Part shown: piece by piece, positions 61,255 to 64,000 of the stretch | How the letters are laid out: each line of letters opens with the position of its first letter | Position numbering within the stretch: the first letter of the stretch is position 1 | Source of the DNA: Chromera velia | Taxonomy: Eukaryota | Reading direction: 5' to 3' | DNA: 64,000 nucleotides | Assembly (NCBI GenBank): GCA_018398765.1 | Contig: JAHBMJ010000157.1 | Coordinates: 62,001-126,000 of the forward strand | Notes under the pieces: model-generated | Told to the model about the DNA's origin: nothing | What the model saw: the letters and a program-made list of their open reading frames with translations, nothing else | Databases searched by the model: none | Made by a program: the position numbers and the translations under genes

Positions 61255-62760
61255 TCGCCCTTCCTTCACTTTATGATTCTCTGAAGTCTCTCTCTCATGG
61301 ACTCACCGAGAAATTCCATGTCATTCTGTTCGCGTGAAGGGAAAAACACAGCTAGTGAGAAGGGGCCCCTCCTTCACTTTGTCAATGTGTTTTGTAGGGA
61401 ATCACCCCTCCTTCACTTTATGCATTCCGATGCAATGCCATGATCTTTTTTGATCTCTTTTTTTTTCGAGCGCCCCTCCTTCACTTCACGAATAATGTGG
61501 GACACAAGTGGAGTATGGGTGGAGGTCACATAGACAGTGTTACACACGGTGAGAGAAAGAAAGAATGAGAGAACTGAAACGAGCAAATGCATTCAAAGAA
61601 AGAAGAGGGGAGAAGCCATTCAAGTAAGATATTCATTTTCATTGTGGTACTGCCAGGCCTGGTCTTTGCTGATGTACACAATGGGACAGAGAACGAGAAG
61701 AAGTTCAGAAGAAAAAAAAAAAAAGAACGCGTGAGTAGGAAATAGGGGGGAACTAGAGGGGGGAAAGAAGAAAAGATGAAGCAAACGTCATTCATTCATG
61801 CATTCATGCAGCTGTTCTTATTCATTTCTTTTCCGTTTCCCTTTGCCCCTTCCCTTCGAATCTCTGGCTCCTCTCCTGCTACCTCTCCTCAGTTACTGCT
61901 TGTTTCCTAGCTTGTTTCTTCTCGCACGTGCCTGCGTGTGCCTTCCCTCGCTGCTGACCAGACAGGGGGAGAGGCAAGACAGTCAGAACCGAGTGATTTT
62001 CCTTCGTGTGTGTCTGTATGTGTATGTGTTCGTGTTTCCTCTGTTGACCGGACAGGGAAACAGATTGTAGTCTTCGAAAGTTGGTTGAGCAGATGGAGAC
62101 GATAGTCGGGCCGGGAGAGAGAGTCGAGACACGAGCCCCACATGCACGGACAGTCTCTTCATGTATTTCCGCATTCATGTATTCGTGTGTTCATGCTTTC
62201 ATTCATTCCGATTCATTCATTTCATTCCCGGTTCCCTTTTTGCCTTCCCTTGCCCCTTCCCTTTGAGTCTTCTCTTCTCTCTCCTTTGTGTTTCTTGTTG
62301 CCCGTGCCTGCACCTGCTTTCCGGGCCCGCACTGCTGACCAGACAGGGGGAAAAGTAGACCGGACAGGAGTGATGGACTTCCCTCTTTGTTCTTTCTCTG
62401 TTGACCAGACAGAGGAAGAGTCAGATCAGATGGTGAGGGAATGTTAAGCTGATGGAGAAGAGAGTAAAAAGGAGACTATAGACAAAAAGTTAAAAACCAA
62501 ACATAAATCATTCAATTTCATGAAATGCATCGACCCAGAGTTCCCCTTCCCTTCAAGTTTTTTCTCTTTCTTGTTCCTTGTTGTCTCCCATGATCTGTAT
62601 TCCAGTCACTGTGTCATCTTCCTCTACTGACTAGGCAGAGAGAGAAATCACCGCAAACTGAACCAAACTCTCCTCTCTTTTTGCTTTACGGTGGCACTGC
62701 CTGCTGCTCTCTCTCTGTTGACCAGACAGAGAGAGAAACCTGTGAAACAGGCAGCAAGTG
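61255..62760. repeat. Degenerate direct repeats downstream of the copia pol, possibly its 3' non-coding/LTR region
   Basis: CC(C/T)TCCTTCACTT occurs four times at 61258-61490. About three diverged ~330-400 bp units share CCCCTTCCCTT...CTG(C/T)TGACCAGACAG at ~61790-62760. Confidence 0.55.
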
Positions 62761-63118
62761 AAATCTCGTGATTGCTGAAGAGAATGGAAGAGACGAGAGA
62801 AAAAACTTGATCAACTCCCAAGCACGCCATCACTCATTAATTCATTCATTCATTCATTCATTCATTTATTCTATCCCAATCCCCTTTTCCCCTTTCCTTT
62901 CAGGCTTCTGCGCCAGAGCGCCTCGAGTGGTGGTTGTCGGAGTGGAGATCGTGTCTCTTCGTCGGAGACGGTCATGGACTCTTGAGTCTCCGTTCACCTT
63001 CCTGCAGAACATGAAAGATGATGAACTCCGTGAAGTGTTCAGAAACGATTTCCTGATTGATTGGCACGCATGGCACCTTCAGGATCATGGACGGTGAGTC
63101 ACGCATATGTGTTGATGC

Positions 63119-64000
63119 TTAGATCAGAATGGGATCGAATGAGTGTGTGATGAGTGTGATGGGCGCGTGAGGGATCGTCGGCTTCGTCTGTTCCTTCATG
63201 TGATCGCATGTTCGGTGTCCAGGTCTCTCCATTCCGACTCCTTCGCACCAAGTGCAGAAGCGGTCAGAGGTTTTTGCGACCTGGCAGTTTCGTTCGAATG
63301 TGCCCTTGCACTTCGCCATCTCATCAGGGCAGTCTGTCGACTTGTGACCAATGCATCCACAAGATGCGCAGATGAGAGAGAGGTTCACCCCCCTGATGGC
63401 TAAAGCGTTTGAGGGGACCAGGCACGAGTCTCGCTTCTTTCTATCGGGAAGAATAAATCTCTCCCCCTTGAACACTCTCCGCAGTTGCTTCTTCATGTGA
63501 TCAACGTTCTGGAAGAACACATCCGTCTCTGCCTGCAGGTTTTCGTCCTGAAGGAGAGGTCGAAGGCGGAGATCAGGAATCGGTCGAGTTGCTGCTTCTC
63601 TGGCTGCAAAGTTCTCCTCATCTAGGAGATCGTACAGCTCGTGACTGCCCTTGGGCTTGGTCAGAGGGTCTGCCAATTATCGCTGCGTGGCAACGTGGCA
63701 GAAAGCCACGTACCGTTCCTGCGTCTCTTGTCTGAGTGACTGCAGGGCGACTGTGGGAACCTTGATGTTATTCTCCTCTCGCAGCTGGACGATCTCTGGT
63801 CCCAGAGACTTCTGAGCAGGAGATGGATGTCTGTTCGCCATGAGAGAGCACAGGTCGTTTGAGTCCGACCAAATTGTGCGGGAGACCTGAATCCACAGGC
63901 GCTCAAGGAACGGAAGAATCTCGGACAGGTGATCGAGTCCTTCCGCAGACCCGAGGGCTTCTGCGGCAGTTGTTGATCGTGCAATTCGGTGTGGCTTGAC
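63119..64000 (-). mobile_element. Ty1/copia LTR retrotransposon pol 3' end: RNase H plus C-terminal zinc-knuckle extension; runs off the window
   Basis: Minus frame reads KPHRIARSTTAAEALG...IWSDSNDL...HVATQR*LADPLTK (copia RNase H motifs, one stop at 63677-63679), then ~180 aa containing CASCGCIGHKSTDC and CTWC...H..C. Confidence 0.8.

Noticed and set aside
62870..62900. Polypurine tract marking the copia 3' LTR start
   Set aside because: Several similar purine runs exist and the 5' LTR is outside the window, so the boundary cannot be supported.

Overview
This is eukaryotic, intron-rich DNA with GT-AG introns (many GTCAGT/GTGAGT/GTAAGT donors), microsatellite-rich introns and excess TGCATGCA. 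Gene content suggests an alveolate, possibly a chromerid such as Chromera (inference only). Bases ~1-17.6 kb are a transposon nest. A hAT-type element (957-14350; 19-bp TIR, perfect 8-bp TSD) is split by a >=11.4 kb decayed APE-RT non-LTR retrotransposon, itself split by a 1.44 kb insert. A second RT family fragment and a short hAT derivative follow. The most striking observation is the LINE's N-terminal region: it carries a NAC-alpha/HYPK-type UBA motif and a chromodomain-like motif directly ahead of the APE endonuclease, the latter fully visible only after removing the nested insert. Bases ~19-50 kb hold host genes: a CDPK-like kinase, a calmodulin/myosin-light-chain-like protein, NDK, a coiled-coil protein ending in a degenerate PKA-regulatory-like module, an 8-exon probably mitochondrial protein with an intronic 73-bp minisatellite, and an ankyrin-less VARP/VPS9 GEF. 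Bases ~50-64 kb hold MITEs, a SET pseudogene, a 5'-truncated inverted copy of the same LINE and the end of a copia pol with an unusual post-RNase H zinc-knuckle extension. All family calls are by-eye motif recognition; no searches were run.
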